Source: an uncultured cyanobacterium
GTDB lineage: Bacteria; Cyanobacteriota; Cyanobacteriia; PCC-9006; JAAUQQ01
DNA: 64,000 nt
NCBI GenBank assembly: GCA_963718615.1
Contig: OY970368.1
Coordinates: 3,168,001-3,232,000, forward strand
Reading direction: 5' to 3'
Part shown: one piece after another, positions 19,286 to 28,900 of the stretch
How positions within the stretch are numbered: position 1 is the first letter of the stretch
Layout of the letters: the number at the start of each line of letters is the position of its first letter
Position numbers and translations under genes: made by a program
The notes under the pieces: generated by a model
Seen by the model: only the letters and a program-made list of their open reading frames with translations
What the model was told of the DNA's origin: nothing
Database searches by the model: none

Positions 19286-19618
19286 TTATCTTTCATTAGG
19301 GTCTAGATCCTCAAGAGTAAGTAAGGACTGGGATGCATGACGGAGATAGAGAATATAGACTGTTGTTTGTTCAACTGAAAACAGCACACGATATCGACTC
19401 CGTCCTTTGCCATAGGGAAACTGGCGAACTTCTACCTCGAAAATATCCCGTTCTAAGGCCATGGGAAAGCGCCGAGGTTTATCTTGGAGCTTGGCAATCT
19501 CATCCATTAATTCTCGAAGCCATTGATCGGCAAAGGCAGAGTTTTGCTCTCGAAGCCACAGATAGGCTGCTTCAATTTGAGTCTCTGCATTTCGCGTCAA
19601 TCTAACTTGAAAGACCAT
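19286..19618 (-). CDS. Type II toxin, RelE/ParE family
   Basis: From ATG 19618: MVFQVRLTRNAETQIEAAYLWL...YRVLFSVEQTTVYILYLRH, 110 aa; overlaps the antitoxin stop. Confidence 0.85.
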   Translation of the reverse strand: MVFQVRLTRNAETQIEAAYLWLREQNSAFADQWLRELMDEIAKLQDKPRRFPMALERDIFEVEVRQFPYGKGRSRYRVLFSVEQTTVYILYLRHASQSLLTLEDLDPNER

Positions 19619-19892
19619 ACTTTTGCTGCATATCTTGGGCAAAGTCAGATAGAGGGCGGGTGAGTCCGGCCTTGACGTCTTCGAGGCCGCGTTTGATGCC
19701 GGTGATGGTTTCGAGTTCGGCGATGAGGTCGAGGAGCTTCTGATAGGCGGCGGCGTCTTGGACAATGACTTCGGCTTTGCCGTTGATGGTGAGGACGACA
19801 GGGGCTCCGGTCTGTTTGAGTTGGGCGATGAAGTCGGGGGTGTTGCGTTTGAAGCTGGAGAGGGGGTGGATGTCGCGGCTGAGGTCTAACAT
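19602..19892 (-). CDS. Type II antitoxin, Phd/YefM family
   Basis: From ATG 19892: MLDLSRDIHPLSSFKRNT...PVVLTINGKAEVIVQDAAAYQ, 96 aa. Confidence 0.88.
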   Translation of the reverse strand: MLDLSRDIHPLSSFKRNTPDFIAQLKQTGAPVVLTINGKAEVIVQDAAAYQKLLDLIAELETITGIKRGLEDVKAGLTRPLSDFAQDMQQKYGLSS

Positions 19893-20040
19893 GGGTTGCA
19901 CTTTATTCGCATCTAATTTGATGCTAGCAGGTTTCTGGGGATATCGCTCGGTAAGGGCAACTTGGGCGAGGGTGGGGTTTGCGGGGGCGAGGATGACTTG
20001 TGTTAGCTTAGGTAAAATTCTTTGGAGTGGCTTTTGGCCT

Positions 20041-20271
20041 ATGTATTCCACTCGCGATCGCATTCTTGAACAATTGCAGTTCCTACCAGAACCCCTTCTG
20101 GAGGATGTTTTGCGGTTTGTACAGTTATTGGTGAGTCGGTTCCGCCAGCCTGCTGGAACGTCGGGAAAACGGCTGTTGCGGTTTGCGGGTTGGATGCCTG
20201 AAGAGGCTTTGGATGAGATGAGTCGGGCGATCGAAGAGGGCTGTGGACGGGTGGATCTCGATGAATGGTAG
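20041..20271 (+). CDS. Putative antitoxin (DUF2281-like) upstream of the PIN toxin
   Basis: From ATG 20041: LEQLQFLPEPLLEDVLRFVQLL...GKRLLRFAG...AIEEGC.RVDLDEW, 76 aa; overlaps the vapC start. Confidence 0.75.
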   Translation: MYSTRDRILEQLQFLPEPLLEDVLRFVQLLVSRFRQPAGTSGKRLLRFAGWMPEEALDEMSRAIEEGCGRVDLDEW

Positions 20272-20520
20272 ATATCTGCTAGATACCAATATTGTCATTG
20301 CCCTCTTTCGATCCGAGGCGGTAGTTGTTGAGCATTTAGGCTCAGCTAGTGAGGTATTTCTGTCGAGTACGGTGGTGGGTGAACTTTACTATGGGGCCTA
20401 CAAGTCGGGTCGTGTGGCAGCCAATGTTGAGCGATTGGAGGAATTTGTCAGGGAGATGGAGGTTCTCTGCCCGGATGCGGTTACTGCTAAGTTCTATGGT
20501 CAGATGAAGCAAGGGTTGAA

Positions 20521-22350
20521 CCCGGATTTCTCACCAGGGCGGATAGAGAGTATCAGGCTTGCCCGAAATGAGATGAGCAGTCTGTTGACTCGAGCAATAG
20601 AGGATGCCTGAGGCATCTTTCAGGCTGTCTATGCTGTAAAGGTAGTCATTGTGCTCTAGATATGGGGCTTCAGGCAGATTTTGAGCAGGTCAAAGCAAGG
20701 GTGTGTAATCTCACCCTTGGAGAGTCGTTGAATTAAAGTCGGAGCGAAAGGCTAGAGTTCTACTCATCGGTCTATCCTGGCCTAGGGAGTCGTCTGCGCA
20801 ACTGTTGTGCTGCCGCTTCAAAGAGGGTTTGTATGGGCGAAGCGAAAGTGAATGCGACGAGAATGCGCCTGACAGAGATGCGAACCTGTGCGCCAAGCTT
20901 GAGCAGCTTGCGTCGAATGGTGCCCAGAGTCGCATCAGCGAGTTCAGTTTTGGCGAGTGCCTTGAGGCGCAGGGCCTGCATCAAGACATAGGCGAAGGAT
21001 GAAAACCAGAGTCTGAGCTGATTGCTTTCAAAGTCATGGGTGGAGGTGCGGTCGCTGAAGAGGTCAAGCTGATGCTCCTTGATGCGATTTTCCATCTCTC
21101 CTCGCGGACAGTAATAATCGCGGTGAAGGTGAGCGGGATGGGCCTGCTGTGCTGTCAAAGAGGTGACAACGAAATGGCGACGTGGGCCATTGCCATCGTA
21201 GGTGAGCTTGCAAATGACGCGACGCTCACAGCTCCAGGATTTAAGCGTGGCATAGCTCAAGGACTGATGCCAAACCTGGGGCGGAACCAAGCGGTTGAGT
21301 TCAGCCTCTAGTTCACTTGCACTCTGCTCTAACAGAGGTTCTAAGGTGGCAGCAACCGTTTGGCGCTGGGCCTCATAAACGGCTTTGGCTCGCTGTTCTA
21401 ACCCCCAAGTCAATTGGCGCAAGCGCTCATTGCTGCTGTGGGCAAAAACAAAGTCCACCTGGGCTTCACCTTCACACCACAGCATGATGTCATCTCGGCT
21501 GTAAGCACTATCGCCGCGCACCAGAATCTTCACCTTCGGCCAATGACCTCGAATCTGAGCCACGATGCGTTGGAGTTCTTCTAACGCTCCCGCTGCGGGG
21601 TCCACATTGGCCGGTCGCAGTTTTGCACTCAACAAATGGCGACCACTGAAGATGAGCAACGGGGTGTAGCAGTCATGGCGGTAATACCCATTGAACGCTG
21701 AACCTTCCTGGGTGCCATGGGTGGGGTCATCGGTGACATCCATGTCCAGGATGATTTGTTTCGGTTCACCTTCGAGTTGTTCGATGAATAGCTCCACCAA
21801 GAGCGCCTCGATGGCAGCCGGGTCCAGGCTCAGTTTCACGTAGCGCGAATCTGACAAGTCGCGGGGGACATGCATCGCTTGCTCCAATCGGTTGAGGGTG
21901 CTCTTGCCCGCTAACGGTGCACAGCGCGGATGCTGGCTTTCTAACTGACCCAGAACTACCCCAAATAATCGCTCATGCCGAAGGTCGTCATGGTCATTCA
22001 CGTCCTCGTAGCCTTGCACCAATCCATAAAGCCGTTGCCCGAGCAGCGTTTTCAATTCATGTTGCACCCGGCTGCCATCGCGGTGATCCGTAAAGCACTC
22101 GGACAGCCGCTCACTGATTCGATATAGCTGGTCGATTTCTCGAATTAGCAGCAGCCCTCCATCACTGCTGAGCTCACCACCGCTAAAGTTCGCTACTATC
22201 TTGCGTTGATTCAGGCGTCCAAACTCGTAGCTTGGCAAGTTACACTCTGTTTGGGTCGGGGCCATCTTTGCAAACCGCTGAATGTCTTGTGGTTATTACA
22301 TTCTCGCTGGTTGGTGACCCCGATCCCTCGGCACTGGTGAGATATCCGGG
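20521..22350 (-). mobile_element. IS1380-family insertion sequence, 1830 bp
   Basis: Terminal inverted repeats CCCGGATTTCTCACCAG and (reverse complement) CCCGGATATCTCACCAG, 16/17 identical; TTGAA direct repeat at 20516-20520 and 22351-22355. Confidence 0.93.
20772..22265 (-). CDS. IS1380-family DDE transposase
   Basis: FSGGELSSDGGLLL, GYEDVNDHDDLR, LDMDVTDDPTHG.QE, VRGDSAY, YCPRGEMENRIKE. Confidence 0.93.
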   Translation of the reverse strand: MAPTQTECNLPSYEFGRLNQRKIVANFSGGELSSDGGLLLIREIDQLYRISERLSECFTDHRDGSRVQHELKTLLGQRLYGLVQGYEDVNDHDDLRHERLFGVVLGQLESQHPRCAPLAGKSTLNRLEQAMHVPRDLSDSRYVKLSLDPAAIEALLVELFIEQLEGEPKQIILDMDVTDDPTHGTQEGSAFNGYYRHDCYTPLLIFSGRHLLSAKLRPANVDPAAGALEELQRIVAQIRGHWPKVKILVRGDSAYSRDDIMLWCEGEAQVDFVFAHSSNERLRQLTWGLEQRAKAVYEAQRQTVAATLEPLLEQSASELEAELNRLVPPQVWHQSLSYATLKSWSCERRVICKLTYDGNGPRRHFVVTSLTAQQAHPAHLHRDYYCPRGEMENRIKEHQLDLFSDRTSTHDFESNQLRLWFSSFAYVLMQALRLKALAKTELADATLGTIRRKLLKLGAQVRISVRRILVAFTFASPIQTLFEAAAQQLRRRLPRPG

Positions 22351-22457
22351 TTGAAGATGTTGGGCCGTCCGATTCCGGAAAATGATCTTTGGATTGGGGC
22401 GATCGCCCAGCAATACCAACTCGTACTGGTGTCACGAGATCAGCATTTTTCCCAAGT

Positions 22458-24455
22458 TCAAGGACTGTCTGTGGAGCTTTGGTAGTCCTCTCGCAATAAT
22501 GCTAGAAACTGCTCGTCTTGGCGCAGGCTGTCGAGGTCGCTGTCGGTTTGGGCGAGGGTGCGGTAGTGGTCGGGATTGAGCTGGATGGCTTGTTGCAGGT
22601 TTTTGAGGGCGGGGGTGGGTTGGTCGGTGAGGGCGTAGGCGCAGGCTTTGTTGTAGAAGGCAGAATCGTAATCGGGTTTCACTTCGAGGGCTTTGTCGAA
22701 GCTGGCGATCGCTTCCTCATAATGCTTTGAATTTATAAGTGCAAGGCCCATGTCGTGCCAAGAAAATCGGTAGTCGGGCTGAATCTCTACAGCTTTTTGG
22801 TAGCTGTCGATCGCCTCCTCATGCCGCCCCAAATTATGTAGTGAATCACCTCGATTATGCCAAGCATAGTGATAGTTCGATTTGACTTCGAGAGCTTTGT
22901 CGTAGCTGGCGAGCGCTTCCTCATACCGGCCTAGGTTTCCGAGTGAAACGCCCCGGTTGAACCAGGCTTCGTGATAGTCCGGTTTGATTTCGATGGCTTT
23001 GTCGTAGCTGGCGATCGCTTCCTCTTTTCGGCCTAAGTTACGGAGTGAAATGCCCCGGCTGTACCAGGCATAGTGATAGTCCGGTTTGACTTCGAGAGCT
23101 TTGTCATAGCTGGCGAGCGCTTCCTCATATCGGCCTAAATCATCGAGTGAATTGCCCCGGTTGTTCCAGGCTTCGTGATCGTCCGGTTTGATTTCGATGG
23201 CTTTGTCGTAGCTGGCGATCGCTTCCTCATATCGGCCTAAGTTAACGAGTGAATTGCCCCGGTTGTTCCAGGCTTCGTGATCGTCCGGTTTGATTTCGAT
23301 GGCTTTGTCGTAGCTGGCGATCGCTTCCTCATATCGGCCTAAATCATCGAGTGAATTGCCCCGGTTGTTCCAGGCTTCGTGCTTGTCCGGTTTGATTTCG
23401 ATGGCTTTGTCGTAGCTGGCGATCGCTTCCTCATATCGGCCTAATTTACCGAGTGAAATGCCCCGGTTGTTCCAGGCTTCGTGCTTGTCCGGTTTGATTT
23501 CGATGGCTTTGTCGTAGCTGGCGATCGCTTCCTCATATCGGCCTAATTTACGGAGTGAAATGCCCCGGTTGTTCCAGGCTTCGTGCTTGTCCGGTTTGAT
23601 TTCGATGGCTTTGTCAAAGCTGGCGAGCGCTTCCTCTTCTCGGCCTAAGTTATCGAGTGAAATGCCCCGGTTGTTCCAGGCTTTTTCATATTGAGAATCC
23701 AGATCAATCGCTTTTTCATAACTCATCAAAGCCATTAAGTCTTGTTCATCTGCACTAAACAAACGTCCTTGTTCCCGCAATAGTCTTGCTTTTTTCTGCG
23801 GAATTTCCCAGTTCTCCTCAATGAGGGATTGTAGCTCTCGGATTTGGTCTAATCTTTGTTTGTGACTCCACTCTCGATATTCGTTCCAATCCCCATCACA
23901 CATCTGCACCAGCCTTTGCTCCAGCAACTTCTGATCTGGCACAAACTCATACATCCCCGATCGCCAATCAAAAAAGTCCGCCGCCCGCCGCATCACATAT
24001 TTCAAACCAAACAGCGAAACAAAAAACACAAAACAAAACGGGAAATCATCCCGAAATCGCTCCCGCTGCAAATTCAAATGCCCCAAAATACGCGGCACCC
24101 GATCAAGCTTATAATAATCCCCTTGCCCCCCAAACCCCTCCCCCACATAGGGCACTAACGACCTCTCAATCCCCTCAATACAGAGCACCCGAATCTCATC
24201 CCGACTCGGCAACGCCGCCACCCGATCATACAAATTGCCATCGGGCAGCTCCTCCGCCAAAACCAACCGCTCCACCCGCTGCCCAGACAGATCTCGCCGC
24301 AACCGCTCCACCAGCTCCGGTCGCTCCCCCTCATCACAGCGCACAAAAAACAGCTCAAACCCCTCCGAACGGCGAATTCCACGCAACAGCGCCGCATAGC
24401 TGTCCTCAGCCCCGACCGAGACATCCTCATCCCAAACCGTCAGATCCTGAAGCAT
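22458..24455 (-). CDS. Tetratricopeptide-repeat protein with N-terminal alpha/beta (degenerate NTPase-like) domain
   Basis: About 11-12 TPRs (AWNNRG.SL..LGRYEEAIASYDKAIEIKPD); N-terminal LNLQRERF..AADFFDWRSG segment; overlaps the upstream ATPase gene. Confidence 0.9.
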   Translation of the reverse strand: MLQDLTVWDEDVSVGAEDSYAALLRGIRRSEGFELFFVRCDEGERPELVERLRRDLSGQRVERLVLAEELPDGNLYDRVAALPSRDEIRVLCIEGIERSLVPYVGEGFGGQGDYYKLDRVPRILGHLNLQRERFRDDFPFCFVFFVSLFGLKYVMRRAADFFDWRSGMYEFVPDQKLLEQRLVQMCDGDWNEYREWSHKQRLDQIRELQSLIEENWEIPQKKARLLREQGRLFSADEQDLMALMSYEKAIDLDSQYEKAWNNRGISLDNLGREEEALASFDKAIEIKPDKHEAWNNRGISLRKLGRYEEAIASYDKAIEIKPDKHEAWNNRGISLGKLGRYEEAIASYDKAIEIKPDKHEAWNNRGNSLDDLGRYEEAIASYDKAIEIKPDDHEAWNNRGNSLVNLGRYEEAIASYDKAIEIKPDDHEAWNNRGNSLDDLGRYEEALASYDKALEVKPDYHYAWYSRGISLRNLGRKEEAIASYDKAIEIKPDYHEAWFNRGVSLGNLGRYEEALASYDKALEVKSNYHYAWHNRGDSLHNLGRHEEAIDSYQKAVEIQPDYRFSWHDMGLALINSKHYEEAIASFDKALEVKPDYDSAFYNKACAYALTDQPTPALKNLQQAIQLNPDHYRTLAQTDSDLDSLRQDEQFLALLREDYQSSTDSP
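22866..23681 (-). repeat. Eight near-identical 102-bp tandem repeats encoding TPR units
   Basis: Unit GCCTGGAACAACCGGGGC.TTCACTC......TTAGGCCGATATGAGGAAGCGATCGCCAGCTACGACAAAGCCATCGAAATCAAACCGGAC recurs every 102 nt. Confidence 0.95.
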
Positions 24456-25806
24456 TCTCCTGTTCTCCTACGACCCGCCGGAACCCTTCCAACCCCCGAA
24501 TCAGGGGATGCACATCGTGCCACACCTTCACCTCGCCCTCTCCATTGAGATAGCGATATTCTAAAATACAGCGACGAAACAGCAGACTGCGAAACTGAGC
24601 GTTATTCTCCACAATCATCCGCTCCCGAGCCACCTCCGCCAAAAGGTCCCACTCCCCCTCATCGATCACCTTGCGATAGGTATCCCGCAATTCCGAAATC
24701 GCCCGTCGCACGGCTCGGTCAGGGATGGGTAATTTATCTGTATGTTGCAGTGCTGCCTTCATCAAATTCATCAAGTTACGGGCATGCCCCCCGCTCATCA
24801 AACAAAGTTGCTCTAGCCCCTCCGCTGTTTCAAATGCCTCCTCCAAGGAAAACTGAACACTCGCTGACCGAAACCGATTGCTCAAGATTTGCTTGAGTAG
24901 CTTCAGGCCCTGCTCGCAAGGGTCGCCCTCCGGTGTCTTGATCATAATCATCGGCAACACTTCTACAGGCTTATAGCGCTCCTCCATTGCCGTCAAGTGC
25001 TGAGAATAGGCCAATGAGATCGGAATTGTGTAGATCACATGACAGTTTAGCGCCACCAACTGCTCGCTGTGATTGACAAAAATCTGCTCATAATTACTCG
25101 GCTGATTCTCACCCTCATAACGCTCCACGATCCGATCCAGATTGTCCACAATCAGCACCAGATCCTCCGGGCTCCGTTCCCCCAGCGCCTGGGTAATCAG
25201 CTCATTCAAAATCTCGATTAACGAGTCGGCCCGATTCTCAATCACCTGGCGAATTTTCTGCTTTTGGCTCACATTCGTTTTGATCGTGGCCGAAATTTTG
25301 CCTAAAGGCAGGTCCGGCGACTCCAGGCTCATTTCCTCCAGAGACAACTCCATCAGACCCAACTCCCGCAGATCTCGAAACAGCCGATCCATCCAAGCCT
25401 TGAGCTTGCTGTTGTCCATTGGGCCGCCCTGGGGTCTCAGCTTCGTAATCAACTGTCGAGCGCAGGCCACCAAAATATCGCTGTACTGGGTATCCTCAGG
25501 TTCTAGATCTCCATCATCAACAGCGAAATACACCACCCGAAAATTTTTCTTTTGCAAGGAGTCTTGCAACCGCAGCAATTCCGTTGATTTGCCCGCTCCC
25601 CGATGCCCAGCATAGAGCTGACAAGTGACCTCTGGACAACGCTCAATTTCCAGACCCAACCGTAGTACATCCTCATCGCCGCGCACCGATGCGCAATCTA
25701 CCCAAGCCGGATCCCCTGCCTGCAAGGGACGAAAGGGATCAAACGCCTTGTATAGCTTGCGCCAAAAGGCGCGGTCATTCGGAAACTCAGTCATCCTGGT
25801 CATCAC
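24427..25806 (-). CDS. P-loop ATP-binding protein (AAA/STAND-like)
   Basis: Walker A GHRGAGKSTEL, Walker B LVLIVDNLDR, SGGHAR, C-terminal DVHPLI. Confidence 0.88.
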   Translation of the reverse strand: MMTRMTEFPNDRAFWRKLYKAFDPFRPLQAGDPAWVDCASVRGDEDVLRLGLEIERCPEVTCQLYAGHRGAGKSTELLRLQDSLQKKNFRVVYFAVDDGDLEPEDTQYSDILVACARQLITKLRPQGGPMDNSKLKAWMDRLFRDLRELGLMELSLEEMSLESPDLPLGKISATIKTNVSQKQKIRQVIENRADSLIEILNELITQALGERSPEDLVLIVDNLDRIVERYEGENQPSNYEQIFVNHSEQLVALNCHVIYTIPISLAYSQHLTAMEERYKPVEVLPMIMIKTPEGDPCEQGLKLLKQILSNRFRSASVQFSLEEAFETAEGLEQLCLMSGGHARNLMNLMKAALQHTDKLPIPDRAVRRAISELRDTYRKVIDEGEWDLLAEVARERMIVENNAQFRSLLFRRCILEYRYLNGEGEVKVWHDVHPLIRGLEGFRRVVGEQENASGSDGLG

Positions 25807-25972
25807 CCAACCGGTTCAGTTCTTATCTTAAGACCTTAGCTCTCTAGTTCGTCGCTCCCTGTTGGATTACAGAGTGGGCTCGACCTGCCGCCCATCCGCC
25901 CCTAGAGCAGCTAAAGTTGGAACAACCCCTTTTTCGTTCACCTGTTTCTGTCCACCGCATCGGCCCCGACTC

Positions 25973-28900
25973 ATGGCTTTCTCGTCCATCGTCCGCACCC
26001 TCACCCAATCCCTCCTCACCCAAGAGCTTTCGCAAAAGCTCGACCACCAAGGCATCCTACGGCTCAGCGGCGCACCCACCTTGCCCCAGGGCTTCGTGAC
26101 CACTGCTTTGGCTCAGGTGCAGGGGCGATCGCTCGTGGTCATCACCCCCACCCAGGAAGAAGCCGGACGCTGGGCCGCCCAACTCGACGCCATGGGCTGG
26201 AAAACCGTTCACTTCTACCCCACCTCCGAATCCTCCCCCTACGAACCCTTCGACCCTGAATCCGAGATGGTTTGGGGGCAATTGCAGGTGCTCGCCGAAC
26301 TGGTGCGTAATCCTGGGCCCTTTGCCCTGGTGGCGACCGAGCGATCGCTCCAACCCCATCTCCCCCCCGTCGCCCTCCTCCAAGCACAGTTGCTCACCCT
26401 CCAACCGGGTATGGAACTCTCCCTCAAGGAATTGGCTGCAACCCTAACACGGTTAGGCTATGACCGAGTCACAACGGTAGAATCCGAAGGCCAGTGGAGC
26501 CAGCGGGGAGACATTGTCGATATTTTTCCCGTCTCCTCAGAGTTGCCCGTGCGACTGGAGCTCTTTGGCGATGAGCTAGAGCGTCTGCGGGAACTGGACC
26601 CCAGCACCCAGCGATCCCTGGATCCCCTAACCGAACTCTTGCTCACCCCCACCAGTTACAGCCCAATCATCCGCACCCAGTTGGAAGAACAACCGGAATT
26701 TGATCCTTCGGTTTATTTTTCCGAAGCGGACACCGAAAAGTTTATCGAAGGTCAGCCCGTGGAAGGCATGCGGCGGCTGATGGGGTTGGCGTTTGCGCCT
26801 GCGACCTTGCTGGACTATTTACCCGAACATACGCTGGTGGCCCTAGATGAGCCGGATCAATGTGCGGCCCATGGCGATCGCTGGGTCGAGCATGTCCAGG
26901 ACCACTGGCAGGAGCAAACCACCGCAGCGGCACCGTTACCGGCCATTCACCGAACCTTTGCAGCGTCGCTTCAGCAACTCCAATCCTTTAAGCGCATTGA
27001 ACTGAGTCAACTCCACGAAACCAGCAGTGAGACCAGCAAGAGTGAGACCGGCAAGGCTACACTTAATTTGGCCAGTCGGCCCGTGGCGGCGATTCCGCAC
27101 CAGTTTGGAAAATTGGCGGAAATTATTGGAGAGGAGCGCGATCGCGGTTTTACGGTCTGGTTAGTTTCGGCCCAGCCCTCGCGATCCGTTGCTCTGTTGC
27201 AGGAGCATGATTGTCCAGCCCAGTTTATCCCCAACCCTCGGGACTATCCGGCGATCGAAAAGCTCAATCGGGCCAAGGTTGCCGTTGGGCTCAAGTATTC
27301 GGGCTTAGCGGAGTTGCAAGGGTTTGTATTACCCACTTTTCGCACCGTTGTCATTACCGATCGCGAGTTCTTCGGTCAGCACAGCCTCGCTACCCCCAGC
27401 TACGTGCGCAAACGCCGTCGCGCCGTTTCCAAAACCGTTGACCCCAATAAGCTCCGCCCTGGTGATTTTGTCGTCCACCGCAACCACGGCATTGGCCGGT
27501 TTGAAAAGCTGGAAACCCTAACGGTCAATCGAGAAACACGGGAATACCTGGTCTTGCGCTACGAGGATGGTTTGTTGCGTGTGGCGGCGGATCAGGTCGG
27601 GGCGCTATCCCGGTTCCGAGGCACCAAGGGCGAAGCACCGACGCTCAATAAAATGACGGGCAAGGCTTGGGAAAAGACCAAGAGTAAAGTCCGTAAAACG
27701 ATTAAAAAAGTTGCAGTGGATTTGCTCCAGTTGTATGCCCAGCGGGCTAAGGACGAAGGCTATGCCTATCCCGAGGACAATCCCTGGCAGCAGGAGTTAG
27801 AAGATTCGTTCCCCTACCAACCCACACCGGATCAGCTCAAGGCCACCCAGGATGTCAAACAGGACATGGAAAGCCCGCGCCCCATGGACCGGCTGGTCTG
27901 CGGCGATGTCGGCTTTGGTAAAACCGAGGTGGCGATTCGGACGATTTTCAAGGCGGTGACCGCAGGCAAACAGGCAGCCCTACTTGCGCCCACAACTATC
28001 CTTACTCAACAGCATTATCACACCCTGAAAGAACGGTTTTCTCCCTACCCAGTCCAAGTCGGTTTGCTCAACCGCTTCCGCTCCGCCAACGAGCGCAAGG
28101 AGATTTTGCAGCGGCTCAAAACCGGCGAGTTAGATATCGTCGTCGGCACTCATCAGTTGCTGGGCAAAGGGGTGGATTTTCGGGAATTGGGGTTGCTGGT
28201 GGTGGACGAAGAGCAGCGCTTTGGCGTCAATCAAAAGGAAAAAATCAAAGCCCTAAAAACCCAAGTGGACGTGCTAACACTCAGCGCCACGCCGATTCCC
28301 CGCACGCTCTATATGGCCCTTTCCGGTGTGCGGGAAATGAGTTTGATTACGACACCACCGCCCTCTCGCCGCCCGATTAAAACCCATTTGGCTCCCTTTG
28401 ATTTGGAGATGGTGCGATCGGCCATTTGCCAGGAACTCGATCGGGGGGGGCAGATTTTCTACGTCGTGCCCCGCGTCGAAGGCATCGAAGAAATTGCAGC
28501 CCAGGTGCGGGAGATGATTCCGAGTATTCGGATTGCGATCGCCCACGGTCAAATGCAAGAAGGCGAACTAGAAGCCACGATGCTGACCTTTAGCAATGGC
28601 GATGCGGATCTGATGGTCTGCACAACCATTGTCGAATCGGGGCTCGATATTCCCCGTGTGAATACGATTCTGATTCGCGACGCTCACAAGTTTGGCCTCT
28701 CCCAGTTGTATCAGCTTCGGGGCCGCGTCGGTCGTGCCGGAATCCAAGCCCATGCTTGGCTGTTCTATCCCAACAAGTCCTCCCTCTCGGAAAAGGCACG
28801 GCAGCGATTGCGAGCCATTCAGGAGTTTACTCAACTGGGTTCGGGCTATCAGTTGGCCATGCGAGACATGGAAATTCGGGGCGTGGGCAACTTGCTCGGT

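Larger units (their letters stand above)
20261..22485 (+). pseudogene. vapC: VapC/PIN toxin split by an IS (20261-20520 plus 22356-22485)
   Basis: 5' part MNGRYLLDTNIVIALF..VVGELYYGA..QMKQGL. After the IS the frame continues KMLGRPIPENDLWIGAIAQQYQLVLVSRDQHFSQVQGLSVELW*. Removing the IS and one TSD gives 390 nt (129 aa) in frame. Confidence 0.92.

Noticed and set aside
19765-20271. Long N-terminal extensions of the TA ORFs (19765+, 19765-, 20063-)
   Set aside because: They overlap each other on opposite strands; internal ATGs give typical TA sizes
20243-20611. 122-aa intact PIN protein as listed in the ORF track
   Set aside because: The last ~30 aa are read-through into the IS end; the true C-terminus lies at 22356-22485
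22866-23681. 102-bp repeats as a CRISPR array or a DGR variable region
   Set aside because: They are in-frame coding TPR units without unique spacers. Many variable codons resemble AAY-derived NNY codons, but silent adenines (TCA, GAA, AAA) are invariant and no reverse transcriptase or template repeat is in the window.
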